The notes under the pieces: generated by a model | Databases searched by the model: none | Told to the model about the DNA's origin: nothing | Seen by the model: only the letters and a program-made list of their open reading frames with translations | Translations under genes and position numbers: made by a program | In this document: positions 30,503-39,542 of the stretch, piece by piece | Layout of the letters: every line of letters starts with the position of its first letter | How positions within the stretch are numbered: position 1 is the stretch's first letter | Source of the DNA: Candidatus Poribacteria bacterium | GTDB lineage: Bacteria; Poribacteria; WGA-4E; PCPOR2b | Direction of reading: 5' to 3' | Assembly: GCA_965208325.1 (NCBI GenBank) | Contig: OZ242326.1 | Location: 3,968,001-4,032,000 of the forward strand | Length of the DNA: 64,000 nt

Positions 30503-31483
30503 ATGACTTTAGAAGAATTTATTAACAAAAAGCAGCCAATCTGGTCAGAGTTGGAAGGGTATTTGAACCGCGGCCGGCGGGGCAATATCGGCAGCGCTAC
30601 GCCAACGCAACTCAATCGTTTGGGATATTTGTACCGCCGTGTGACCTCCGATTTGGCAATTGCCCGGCGCGATTTTCCAGACGACCGCTGTGTTTCATAC
30701 CTGAACACGCTGGCTTCCCGCGCCCACAGCGGCATCTACCAAAGCTCCCCCTTGAAAAGAAACACGATTCGCCAGTTCTTTAGCTCCGGGTTTCCGACGC
30801 TGTTTCGCAGCAACCTCCGTTTCATCTCGGCTGCGTTTTTGCTGTTTACGCTCGGGTTTGCCGCGACATATTGGATGGCGCTGGTGAACCCTCAAATTGC
30901 GGAAAAACTCGCGCCTGAAGACATTGTTGATACGATACACGAGAAGGAGATGTGGACGAACATTCCGGAGTTACAGCGAAATCTGTTTGCTTCATTTATC
31001 ATGACCAATAACATTCGTGTCGCGTTTTTGGCGTTCGCTAGCGGTATCATGTATATGGTCGGAACAGTTTATATTCTAGCCTTCAATGGTGTGCACATCG
31101 GCACGATTGCAGGGTTATGCCACGTGCATGGGCTCGCCCAGCCACTCTGGACGTTTGTGTCGCCGCACGGTTATATCGAATTGACGACAATTTTTATCGC
31201 GGGTGGTGCGGGCTTAAAAATGGGGTATGCGCTGATTGGCCCGACACTGTTTACCCGGAAACGCGCATTGACCGATGCAGCGAAAACCGCGGTCAAACTC
31301 ATCGGCGGCTGCGTTGTTCTGCTCGTCATCGCCGGCGTGATTGAGGGTTTTATCTCACCTTCAGGTTTACCGCCACCCGTCAAGGTCGGATTCGGATTCA
31401 CAACCGGCGTGTTGCTGTTCTCCTATCTCTTTTTGATGGGCAGGTCGAGAAAACCGTCGATACCGACAAATGCGGAAGATTAG
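30503..31483 (+). CDS. Stage II sporulation protein M (SpoIIM/DUF95) family membrane protein
   Basis: 'LYRRVTSDLA', 'IMTNNIRVAFLAF', 'PHGYIELT.I.IAGGAG', 'AGVIEGFISP'. Confidence 0.9.
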   Translation: MTLEEFINKKQPIWSELEGYLNRGRRGNIGSATPTQLNRLGYLYRRVTSDLAIARRDFPDDRCVSYLNTLASRAHSGIYQSSPLKRNTIRQFFSSGFPTLFRSNLRFISAAFLLFTLGFAATYWMALVNPQIAEKLAPEDIVDTIHEKEMWTNIPELQRNLFASFIMTNNIRVAFLAFASGIMYMVGTVYILAFNGVHIGTIAGLCHVHGLAQPLWTFVSPHGYIELTTIFIAGGAGLKMGYALIGPTLFTRKRALTDAAKTAVKLIGGCVVLLVIAGVIEGFISPSGLPPPVKVGFGFTTGVLLFSYLFLMGRSRKPSIPTNAED

Positions 31484-31533
31484 GTGTGTTTGACATATCG
31501 CCCGCTCTTGAACCTGGTAAGGAGCATTTTTAA

Positions 31534-32184
31534 TTGTCGAATACCACGTTAGACAGGGAATTGATGGCTTGTAGACCAGTCCCTGTGAATCCTAAATTCT
31601 TCAATCCAAACTGTACGCTTCCTTATGGTTTGGCGGTAGAACATATCCGTCAAGCAATGGAAGGTTTTGTTGATTTCCTAGGGTTTATTAACGCGCAACT
31701 TTACACGAAGGAGATTCCGCGCCTTGAAAGTTTCTTAATGCCCGCAAACTTTAGTAGCATCGTTGGCGAGTTCATCAACACCAACATACCGATGCATTGC
31801 TTTGACTTAGCGAAGAACCAGTATCACAATGGACATCCAGATTTGCTTCCAAAAACGATGTTTCCGAATAATGCGGTGCAGTATGCGCAAGAAGGCATCG
31901 AAGTTAAAGCGTCCCGTCATGCAAGCGGCTGGCAAGGGCACAACCCAGAATCCGTTTGGCTTATGGTGTTTTACTTTGACAGTAATACTTCACGCGATTC
32001 CATCAAGGGCGTCGATCCTAAGCCATTTCGATTTAAGGGAGTATTTATTGCCCGAATTGTAAAAGAGGACTGGACATTTTCGGGGCGTTCGGGTGCCAGC
32101 CGACGGACAATCACCGCTAGTGTAAACACAAGCGGGAGAGAAAAAATGATGGCTAACTGGGTATATAAGGACTTAACAGATTGA
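31534..32184 (+). CDS. Putative Type II restriction endonuclease (PD-(D/E)xK)
   Basis: 'GHPDLL...GIEVKAS' catalytic-like motif. Convergent with, and overlapping, a DNA methyltransferase gene. Confidence 0.65.
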   Translation: MSNTTLDRELMACRPVPVNPKFFNPNCTLPYGLAVEHIRQAMEGFVDFLGFINAQLYTKEIPRLESFLMPANFSSIVGEFINTNIPMHCFDLAKNQYHNGHPDLLPKTMFPNNAVQYAQEGIEVKASRHASGWQGHNPESVWLMVFYFDSNTSRDSIKGVDPKPFRFKGVFIARIVKEDWTFSGRSGASRRTITASVNTSGREKMMANWVYKDLTD

Positions 32185-33117
32185 CAGACTAAGTTGTACA
32201 TCTCCGGTGTTTAGATTCTCCAAAGCGGGTATCGCTTGCCGGCTCATTGTATAGTATTTGTCGTAGCATTCTACACCGATGCAGGAGTATTTGATTGCTT
32301 CTGCGGCAGCGACAGTGGAGCCGGAGCCCATAAACGGATCTACTACTATTCCTTCCCCAAGTGGTAGAGCGGAGTAAACCACCTGCCGCAAAAACGACTG
32401 TGGTTTTAAACTCGGATGATTGGCAATTCCGCGCTCCTTCTGTGAGGTGCGTTCGCTTTCTATTACATCTGTAAAGGGGTTTCCATCCGGTTTTCGGCGT
32501 AACCCTCCGGTTTGAAACTCTTCTAGACATTCGCTTACCGTCATTCCGTTTAGGAGCGGTTTTCGAAAAATCCCCCAAGGCTCGTAACAACTGCGCGGCA
32601 TCGTGCAAACATTAGAAAATTCTTTCTCTGCATTCTTAGGTCTGTCGCCGCCCCGCAGCGTTTTTACCAACCGGATTACTTGGCCCCTAAACTCAAAACC
32701 TGCATCTAAAATTGATGTAAACACTGTCTGCGATAGCAAGGCGTTTGAAGCAAGAAAGATGTGACCTCCAGGGCGCAAAATTTGGGAAACGAGCCGCGCC
32801 CAATCGAGAAAATGTTCTTGCAGCCGGGTTATTTCTTTCTGGTTGAGTGCTGTAAAACGCGGCAAAGGTGAGCGCTTGTGCCCATCAAAAGAGGGTGGAA
32901 TGCGCCAAACACCGCCGTTTCCATTTTCACGCTTTTCTAGCTGGTCGGGTTGGTATTCCTTTACACCATATGGTGGATCTGTTACAATTGCATGGATACT
33001 CTCTTTGGGGATTCTCGCCATCCATTCAAAACAATTAGCACAGATTATCACAGATTTTGCAAATGAGTAAGACTTGTAATCTAAAGCATAAAGCTGCTGT
33101 AGTCGATTTGTCGGCAT
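32173..33117 (-). CDS. Site-specific DNA methyltransferase, N6-adenine/N4-cytosine type (beta class)
   Basis: Motif IV 'TDPPY' precedes 'HPSLKP' and motif I 'DPFMGSGST'. Confidence 0.92.
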   Translation of the reverse strand: MPTNRLQQLYALDYKSYSFAKSVIICANCFEWMARIPKESIHAIVTDPPYGVKEYQPDQLEKRENGNGGVWRIPPSFDGHKRSPLPRFTALNQKEITRLQEHFLDWARLVSQILRPGGHIFLASNALLSQTVFTSILDAGFEFRGQVIRLVKTLRGGDRPKNAEKEFSNVCTMPRSCYEPWGIFRKPLLNGMTVSECLEEFQTGGLRRKPDGNPFTDVIESERTSQKERGIANHPSLKPQSFLRQVVYSALPLGEGIVVDPFMGSGSTVAAAEAIKYSCIGVECYDKYYTMSRQAIPALENLNTGDVQLSLSIC

Positions 33118-33126
33118 GGTTAGCTC

Positions 33127-33369
33127 CTACTGCTCGACTGGTTCGCCAAGGTTGTAAACGGGGCTAAGCTCTCGGATGACAGTTCCTATTTCTCGCCTCT
33201 CAAATTCATTTCCTCCCAATAATTTTTGAATGTCTGACAAACTGAGCAATATGACCTGCGGCGTGTTTCGGCGTTTTATCACATATCTGGTGTTGTTCTG
33301 GATGACATCATCAAGGATGCTGCCAAAATTGTTTTGAGCTTCAGTAGAGGGAATCGTTTTTGTAGTCAT
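33127..33369 (-). CDS. Phd/YefM family antitoxin-like DNA-binding protein
   Basis: 'KTIPSTEAQNNFGSILDDV......YVIKRRNTPQVILLS' is the Phd/YefM N-terminal fold. GGAGA RBS at 33376-33380. Confidence 0.8.
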   Translation of the reverse strand: MTTKTIPSTEAQNNFGSILDDVIQNNTRYVIKRRNTPQVILLSLSDIQKLLGGNEFERREIGTVIRELSPVYNLGEPVEQ

Positions 33370-33391
33370 ATCCAATCTCCAATTTTTCCAT

Positions 33392-33439
33392 ATTAGCTAA
33401 TTTAGCTATATTATAGCATGGACTTGATGCTTGTGTCAA
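33392..33439 (-). promoter_or_regulatory. Sigma70 promoter with tandem palindromic operator
   Basis: Minus strand: TTGACA (33439-33434), 18 nt, TATAAT (33415-33410) with an extended-10 TG. Immediately followed by the palindromes TAGCTA (33403-33408) and ATTAGCTAAT (33392-33401). Confidence 0.75.
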
Positions 33440-33581
33440 AGGTTTTGGAGAGGCAATTTTCAAAATCACCTGGCGCAGCGCAACGATTTACCGATGATCC
33501 AGCTATTCGCGGTTTTCATCGTAAATTGTCTCATTAGCCCACCACGCGAAATTCCTTTGAACGCCAGAGGGGCGGCGATAA

Positions 33582-35159
33582 ATGACAGATCGTAATCATC
33601 AACAGGATTTAGCGGCGCAGATTGAAAACTACTATCAGTCGGGTGAATTTGATAAGGCTTTAGAGTTTAGTGCGCGCGCAGTGGATTCTAATCCTGCGGC
33701 CTTGGATGTTTATGGTTTACGATGGAAACTCATAGCCAAAATGTTTTCAGAGGAGGACGCAAAAGAGAGGATTCACTTTGAAATCGAATCTCTGCTGAAG
33801 ACACACCTAGAAACCCCGGAGTTATTGGAGGCGGCTTACTGGGGATATAGGAACCTTTCCCATGACGCAGAGAATATCCCCAACAGTTTGTTTCATAAGA
33901 TGTTGCAATACCCCAGCACCAGAGGTTTTCAGATTGCATTGTTAGGGTTTGCTGAACAGAGCGAAGATGTCCGCCAAAAGTGGTATTATCACCAGCGCCA
34001 TATTGATACCTATGCCACCTCAGACGCCCCAGTATTATCATGGAATCTCATAGCATATGAAGAAATGCTTTGGTTAGCCGAAGAAAATCGCTCGCTGGCG
34101 AGCTATGACGAACTTGATGAACTTATTGACCGGTTCTTAAAAGTTCATCTTTCCCTTTGCAAAGAGACCCAACGATGGTTTGGATGGGCTTATACTGAAG
34201 CGGTAAAATGGCGGCTCAAGCTTAACGTCCGAATGGACAAAGCATTGGAAATCTTGAGACGTGCCGAAGCTAGATTAGAGGAGGAAGAGGAACGGGAGTG
34301 GCTCGTCGAAAATAACCGAGGATCTGTAGAAGAAGCAAATAGGGAGTTTTCGCGCTTGCGCGGAGAAATCCACTTGCGGCAGGAACGGTGGAGAGAGGCG
34401 CATGATGGGCTTTTAGCAAACGCGCCCGATTTTTTGGAATCGCTATGGGCTAGATTGAACGAAAATGCCGCAAATTACTTCTGGATGTTAGGGCGGTCAG
34501 CCGAAGGAATGCTAGAATGGCATAAAGCGAGGCGTTACTATGCCGATGCGCACTTTGCGCCTACCTCGCACGCCGAAAAAGGCCGAGCGGGATTGGAACG
34601 CGTTTATCGTCAAATGGAGCGAGAGGAAACTATTGATACGTTCGAGACTTTTCTCAAAGCCGCCGAAGCTGAGTATCGAATTCGAGAAGATGCCGACCGC
34701 GAGAAAATCCGTCAGAAACTTGTCATGAATAGACTAAATAGGAAAGTGCCGGATTTTTGTTTAGAGACTTTGGAAGGGGAGGAACACACGCTATCGGCGA
34801 TGCGAGGCAAGGTGATTTTGCTTGATGTTGGGGCTTCGTGGTGCGGGCCATGCAATGAGGCGATTCCGGAAGTCAAAATTGTCCACGAACGATTCAGTGA
34901 TACAGATGATGCCGTCGTATGGGGAATCAATGACGGTGAAACTCCTCAGCAAGTACAAAAGATTTTGGAAGAACATCAGCCACCTTGGCCTATGCTGCTG
35001 GACCCACGCCAGGAGGTGAGGAAGGCTTACCAGATTGAAAGAATACCATTTTTTATTCTGATTGACAAAGCGGGGGATTGGCAATACAGTTTTGAAAGTT
35101 CAAATCTCATAGGCGGTCAGCCGTTGATTTGGCTGGTTGGAGCACTGCTAGCAGATTGA
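33582..35159 (+). CDS. TPR-like helical protein with C-terminal TlpA/redoxin domain
   Basis: 'PDFCLETLEG...LSAMRGKVILLD..ASWCGPC' CxxC motif. N-terminus is helical and TPR-like. Confidence 0.8.
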   Translation: MTDRNHQQDLAAQIENYYQSGEFDKALEFSARAVDSNPAALDVYGLRWKLIAKMFSEEDAKERIHFEIESLLKTHLETPELLEAAYWGYRNLSHDAENIPNSLFHKMLQYPSTRGFQIALLGFAEQSEDVRQKWYYHQRHIDTYATSDAPVLSWNLIAYEEMLWLAEENRSLASYDELDELIDRFLKVHLSLCKETQRWFGWAYTEAVKWRLKLNVRMDKALEILRRAEARLEEEEEREWLVENNRGSVEEANREFSRLRGEIHLRQERWREAHDGLLANAPDFLESLWARLNENAANYFWMLGRSAEGMLEWHKARRYYADAHFAPTSHAEKGRAGLERVYRQMEREETIDTFETFLKAAEAEYRIREDADREKIRQKLVMNRLNRKVPDFCLETLEGEEHTLSAMRGKVILLDVGASWCGPCNEAIPEVKIVHERFSDTDDAVVWGINDGETPQQVQKILEEHQPPWPMLLDPRQEVRKAYQIERIPFFILIDKAGDWQYSFESSNLIGGQPLIWLVGALLAD

Positions 35160-35266
35160 AAACTCAAGACGTGTAGGTTTAGTGTGTATCCGATATAGGT
35201 GAGCAGCAGTCGCAATATCCACAAGTTGCCAACCGCTCTCTATGGTGACAGAGGAGTCCATCTCTC

Positions 35267-35746
35267 ATGAGACAATTTACCGATGCTGAAAAACAGCAGT
35301 TGCAAGCAAAGATTTGTGACCAACAAGAGCGGCGCAATTCGACGGTCAGAGAAATTGCCCGGCGGCGCGATGGAAAAAAACCGGAAACGCCCGCGTGGAA
35401 ATATGGTTTCTTGGGACTAATTGTCTGCTTCGTCGTCTTAAACGTGTATATTCTGCTGAAAGGTGAATTTTCGAGGTATGACCAATATGGCGGTGTTGCA
35501 TTCGTGCTTTGGGTGCTATTCGATCACATCGCAGTATACTTCACGAAAACAGGTTGGCAAAGACGCGTGATGACATCGGTTGCGCGGATTTGGTTTGTAT
35601 TCGTTTTAGTCTACGGAGTTTGGATTCTATCTACAATCTCCTTTCCATGGATGGCTGGTTATTTGGTTTTAATAATAATCTTTTTTGTAGTGTGGCCGGA
35701 TTCATTTTGGCGTGAGATTTTCGGTAAAAACTCTCGCTACAATTGA
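35267..35746 (+). CDS. Hypothetical membrane protein, paralogue 1 ('MRQFTDAEKQ' family)
   Basis: GGAG RBS, charged helical N-terminus and ~4 TM segments. Clear similarity to the next two ORFs. Confidence 0.75.
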   Translation: MRQFTDAEKQQLQAKICDQQERRNSTVREIARRRDGKKPETPAWKYGFLGLIVCFVVLNVYILLKGEFSRYDQYGGVAFVLWVLFDHIAVYFTKTGWQRRVMTSVARIWFVFVLVYGVWILSTISFPWMAGYLVLIIIFFVVWPDSFWREIFGKNSRYN

Positions 35747-35880
35747 ATTGATGTCGATGACTGAAACGAGGATCAAAATCAAAACAGTTACATGGATTAG
35801 ATTTTTTTTGCGCTTACACAGTTTGTGTATTGTGGCTGGTATTCGTTGCTCGACCACGGTGCCCTAGGAGGTCATTTCCG

Positions 35881-36360
35881 ATGAGGGAATTTACCGACGC
35901 AGAAAAACAGGAGTTAAAAGAAAAGATTAAAGACGAGCAAGAACGGCAAAAGCAATTAGCCGAACAACTTGCTCAACAAAAAGACGGAACGCCGCGAAGA
36001 AGTTCAACCGCGGGTAAATATGTATACCTCGGGTTTGTTCTGTGTCTGCTCGCGTTCAACGTGTTTATCCTGCTAAACTTGCGGCATATCGGTCTTGACA
36101 AATTTGGCGGTTTGATATTTGTGTTGTGGGCTTTATTTGATTGCATCGCAGTTTACTTCACGAAAGCGGGTTGGCAGAGACTCGTGATGAAAACCGTGGC
36201 TCAGGTTTGGTATGTGGTCATGTTTGCGTACGGGTTTTGGATTCTTGCCAAGGTGTCGTTCCCATTGTTGGCAATTTGGGCGGCTGTGATTGTCTTGTTG
36301 AGCGTTTGGCGGATTTCAATTTGGCGGCCAATCTTCGGCAAAAACTCGCGTTACCGATGA
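35881..36360 (+). CDS. Hypothetical membrane protein, paralogue 2
   Basis: GGAGG RBS then MREFTDAEKQ. Shares 'LFD.IAVYFTK.GWQR' and 'IFGKNSRY' with paralogue 1. Confidence 0.75.
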   Translation: MREFTDAEKQELKEKIKDEQERQKQLAEQLAQQKDGTPRRSSTAGKYVYLGFVLCLLAFNVFILLNLRHIGLDKFGGLIFVLWALFDCIAVYFTKAGWQRLVMKTVAQVWYVVMFAYGFWILAKVSFPLLAIWAAVIVLLSVWRISIWRPIFGKNSRYR

Positions 36361-36558
36361 ATGGGTGCCGATGGTTGAAACAGGAATTGTAATCAGGACA
36401 GTTGTATGAACTCGGAATGTATGAATATGTGGTTCTATCCATTGTGTATTGCGGCTCGTATTCGTTGCCTAACCAAACGTGGCGTAGGATAGACGATGTC
36501 CACATGTTCCACACTACAAATCAACAATTCTCTACTGTGCTAAAGGAGGTCATCTCCC

Positions 36559-37011
36559 ATGAGGCAATTTACCGACGCTGAAAAACAGATACTGCAAGCC
36601 AAGATTAAAGACGAACAGGAACGGCGCGATCAGGCGGTTAAAGAGATTGCGACAAGAATAAAAGAGGATGCGTTAAAGAACCGAGTAGTGAGCCGAACTC
36701 CGACCGCGTTAGCTTCTTTTACCCGGACAGTGCCCGTATTGGGTTCTATCTGGAAATATGGTTTCCTGGGGGTTATTCTCTGCCTCCTTGTTTTCAATGT
36801 GATTATGGTGCTATTATGGCGTGATGTTTCCTCTGACCAACTCGACCGTGTTATGTATGCTAATGTAGTGATTGCCTTGATGCTACTATTTAATCACGTG
36901 GCGTTTCACATCACGAAGAAGGGTTGGGCGAGCCGGGTGATGATAACAGTGTCAGCGATTTGGACAGTTTTTGGATTAGCGTATGTAATTTGGGCATTTA
37001 GAGTATTCTGA
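36559..37011 (+). CDS. Hypothetical membrane protein, paralogue 3
   Basis: GGAGG RBS then MRQFTDAEKQ; 'WKYGFLG', 'LFNHVAF..TKKGW'. Confidence 0.75.
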   Translation: MRQFTDAEKQILQAKIKDEQERRDQAVKEIATRIKEDALKNRVVSRTPTALASFTRTVPVLGSIWKYGFLGVILCLLVFNVIMVLLWRDVSSDQLDRVMYANVVIALMLLFNHVAFHITKKGWASRVMITVSAIWTVFGLAYVIWAFRVF

Positions 37012-37333
37012 ACGCCCAAACGGTTTTTGCCATCACGCCAGTTGAACCGAACCTAAGGCTATCTTTTTGTTGAAACAAATTGGTGACTGAAGTAGGATGT
37101 TATAGCCTGTTTGAATAATAAGAGGCAAAGCCGTTCTCAGTGGCTTTATCCCGTGCAAGGTATTTGGCTTACGGCGGCGAGTGCTGAAAAAGATTTATTT
37201 TCGAACAGGATTTTAATGGAACTGCGTTGTCCGCCAATTTATGGCGGCAACTTGTTTGATAGGACATTAAAACCCGGAAGTTGTTATACGAAACCGGTTG
37301 CGGCAAAACGAAGCTGCCTAGGAGCGTCGCATT

Positions 37334-38167
37334 ATGAAACTGTCACTTTCTTCACGGATTGCAGAATCGTTTTATGACAAAACGATAGCCACCCTGCCAT
37401 TTGAGGAGGTTGCGCAACTGGCGAAGGAGAACGGCTATCGTGCAATTTGTATGCGGGCGTCCGTAGCTGGCATACAGTCGTCAATAGACCGCGTCAAATC
37501 TGTGCGGCAAACACTCGACCAGCAAGGGCTTAGGGTATCAATGGTAACGGGTGACTTCGCCATTCCAGAGAATCTCGAACCTGGCCCTGGCGTACTACGG
37601 AACATTACCCCTTACCTTAATCTCGCTGAAGCGTTTGCGTGCGACCTGTTGCGGGTTTGCATGAAAAGAGAAGAGGACATCGCTTGGGCGCAGCGTGCAT
37701 CTGATGAAGCTGCGGAACGCGGCATACGCCTAGCGCATCAATGCCACGTGGCGAGTTTGTTCGAGACGATTGAAGGTTCGTTGGATGTGCTGGAGCGCGT
37801 GAACCGACCAAATTTCGGGGTTATTTATGAACCTGCCAATCTTAAGATGTGTGGCGAATCATACGGAATTGAAACGCTCAAGGCTTATAGACCTTATCTT
37901 TTTAATGTTTACCTCCAGAATTACCTGGACAATCCGGACGGTAAAGCGCACATTGAAACGTGGGTACGCGGAATGTTCTATTTTGACCACATTCCTCTGC
38001 ATGACCCCCGCGGGGTGGATTGGCGCCTGGTCTTTGACGCGCTGGATGCAGTCGGTTATGACGGATACGTCACCGTTCACCAAGCTCTCGCTGAAATCAT
38101 GGCACCGGCGGAAGCGGCGCAGGTGAGCGCGGACTTTCTGCGTTCGCTGCGAGAAGCTGACCTGTAA
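37334..38167 (+). CDS. Sugar phosphate isomerase/epimerase (xylose isomerase-like TIM barrel)
   Basis: 'V.RPNFGVIYEPAN' and 'GVDW..VFDAL..VGYDGYVTV'. Confidence 0.8.
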   Translation: MKLSLSSRIAESFYDKTIATLPFEEVAQLAKENGYRAICMRASVAGIQSSIDRVKSVRQTLDQQGLRVSMVTGDFAIPENLEPGPGVLRNITPYLNLAEAFACDLLRVCMKREEDIAWAQRASDEAAERGIRLAHQCHVASLFETIEGSLDVLERVNRPNFGVIYEPANLKMCGESYGIETLKAYRPYLFNVYLQNYLDNPDGKAHIETWVRGMFYFDHIPLHDPRGVDWRLVFDALDAVGYDGYVTVHQALAEIMAPAEAAQVSADFLRSLREADL

Positions 38168-38456
38168 ATCCTATCGGCTAACACACCTGCATGTTGCCTA
38201 TTACACCGACACGACTACGTGACAACCTTCAGCGGAGTTGTCCGGATGTAGACAACAATCTTGACATTGAGTTAATTAGGAAAGATGTCTATAGAAAGAT
38301 ACACCGCTTTCGACGTGAGATAATGTGGTGCTGTTGAACATTATTATGCCGATTTCGTACCGTGAGAGTTGGAGTTTTCACTTTCATTATCCAAACAACG
38401 TCACTCAATATCCGTTATCCGGGAAATCGCGGATTGCGAACTGAGGAGGAACAACA

Positions 38457-39278
38457 GTGAGAAAAGCACACAATCTATTGGTGTCGGTAAGTGTTTGTTC
38501 ACTTATGGTTGCAGTTACCTTTGTCGGTGGAGGCGGCGCTGAGATTGACACAGCGCATGTGGTTGGCGCTTGGCTGCTGGACGAGAACGAAGGTGGCGTT
38601 GCTAAGGACGCGTCCGGCGGCGGTAATGACGGCATGTTGCTGAAGGGCGCCAAGTGGGACGCAGGTAAGTTTGGGGCTGCGCTCTTGTTCGATGGCGTGG
38701 ACGATGCGGTGCAAATACCCAGCAGCGCCGGGGACAAGTTGAATCCCGATACGCAGATTACACTTGCGGCGTGGATCCAACGCCGCGATGCCCAGGAATC
38801 TCCGGGTTACATGATTATCGGAAGAATGGACACTGCGCAGTCGCGAACTTACTACCTCGCGTTCTGGCAAAACAGGTTCCAGATGGAGGTCGCGCACAAT
38901 GGGACGGTGGGTAACCGCACGGTGATGGAATCGATTGAAGAGATAGTCGACATGGAGTGGCATCATTTAGCCGGCACGTACGATGGCGAGAACATGCTAA
39001 TCTATGTCGATGGCGTTCCGGCGGGCAAGGCTCCGCCGTTTATAGCTGGCAAGGGAGGGATTCACCAGAATGACTCCGATGTTTACATCGGGTACGACAA
39101 GGTGGACGGCGGTTTGTACTTTGACGGCCTCATTGACGAAGTCATCATACTAAACATCGCACTGGCTGAGAAGGATATCGTCACGTTGATGGAGGACGGA
39201 CTCAGGCAAACGCTGTCGGTTTCGCCGCCGGGAACTCTCGCCATTCTTTGGGCAACTCTCAAACGCAGATTGCCCTGA
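38457..39278 (+). CDS. Secreted LamG/concanavalin A-like domain protein
   Basis: Signal peptide, 'GKFGAALLFDG', 'WHHLAGTYDG...IYVDG', 'FDGLIDEV', C-terminal 'VSPPGTLAILWATLK'. Confidence 0.88.
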   Translation: MRKAHNLLVSVSVCSLMVAVTFVGGGGAEIDTAHVVGAWLLDENEGGVAKDASGGGNDGMLLKGAKWDAGKFGAALLFDGVDDAVQIPSSAGDKLNPDTQITLAAWIQRRDAQESPGYMIIGRMDTAQSRTYYLAFWQNRFQMEVAHNGTVGNRTVMESIEEIVDMEWHHLAGTYDGENMLIYVDGVPAGKAPPFIAGKGGIHQNDSDVYIGYDKVDGGLYFDGLIDEVIILNIALAEKDIVTLMEDGLRQTLSVSPPGTLAILWATLKRRLP

Positions 39279-39542
39279 AATGCACGCTGTGTTGAGACAG
39301 AGACCTGCGTTTTTTTTCGGTGAAGCAGGCAGCCGTCTAGGAAGGAGGATAACGGCGCGATTGACCAGTCACTCACGGTTTTAATTTTGGTTGCGATAGC
39401 CAACCCGACAAGATGGGTACAAAGAAATTTGCGGCATGGTCGATACCAGAGCAAACTGTAACGATCGTCCTTGGCCAAGGAGCGGCAGACCTCGAAATGT
39501 ACGCATCAAGTGAATTGGTCAAATACCTAACTGGCTACCAGA

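Noticed and set aside
30503..31483. Evidence of sporulation
   Set aside because: SpoIIM/DUF95 proteins next to RDD genes are widespread in non-sporulating bacteria.
33127..33375. Classical type II toxin-antitoxin pair
   Set aside because: No RelE/ParE/PIN/Fic toxin gene on either side; the downstream gene is a DNA methyltransferase.
37111..37377. 88-aa ORF upstream of the epimerase gene
   Set aside because: TTG start, no RBS or motif, overlaps the next gene; likely spurious.
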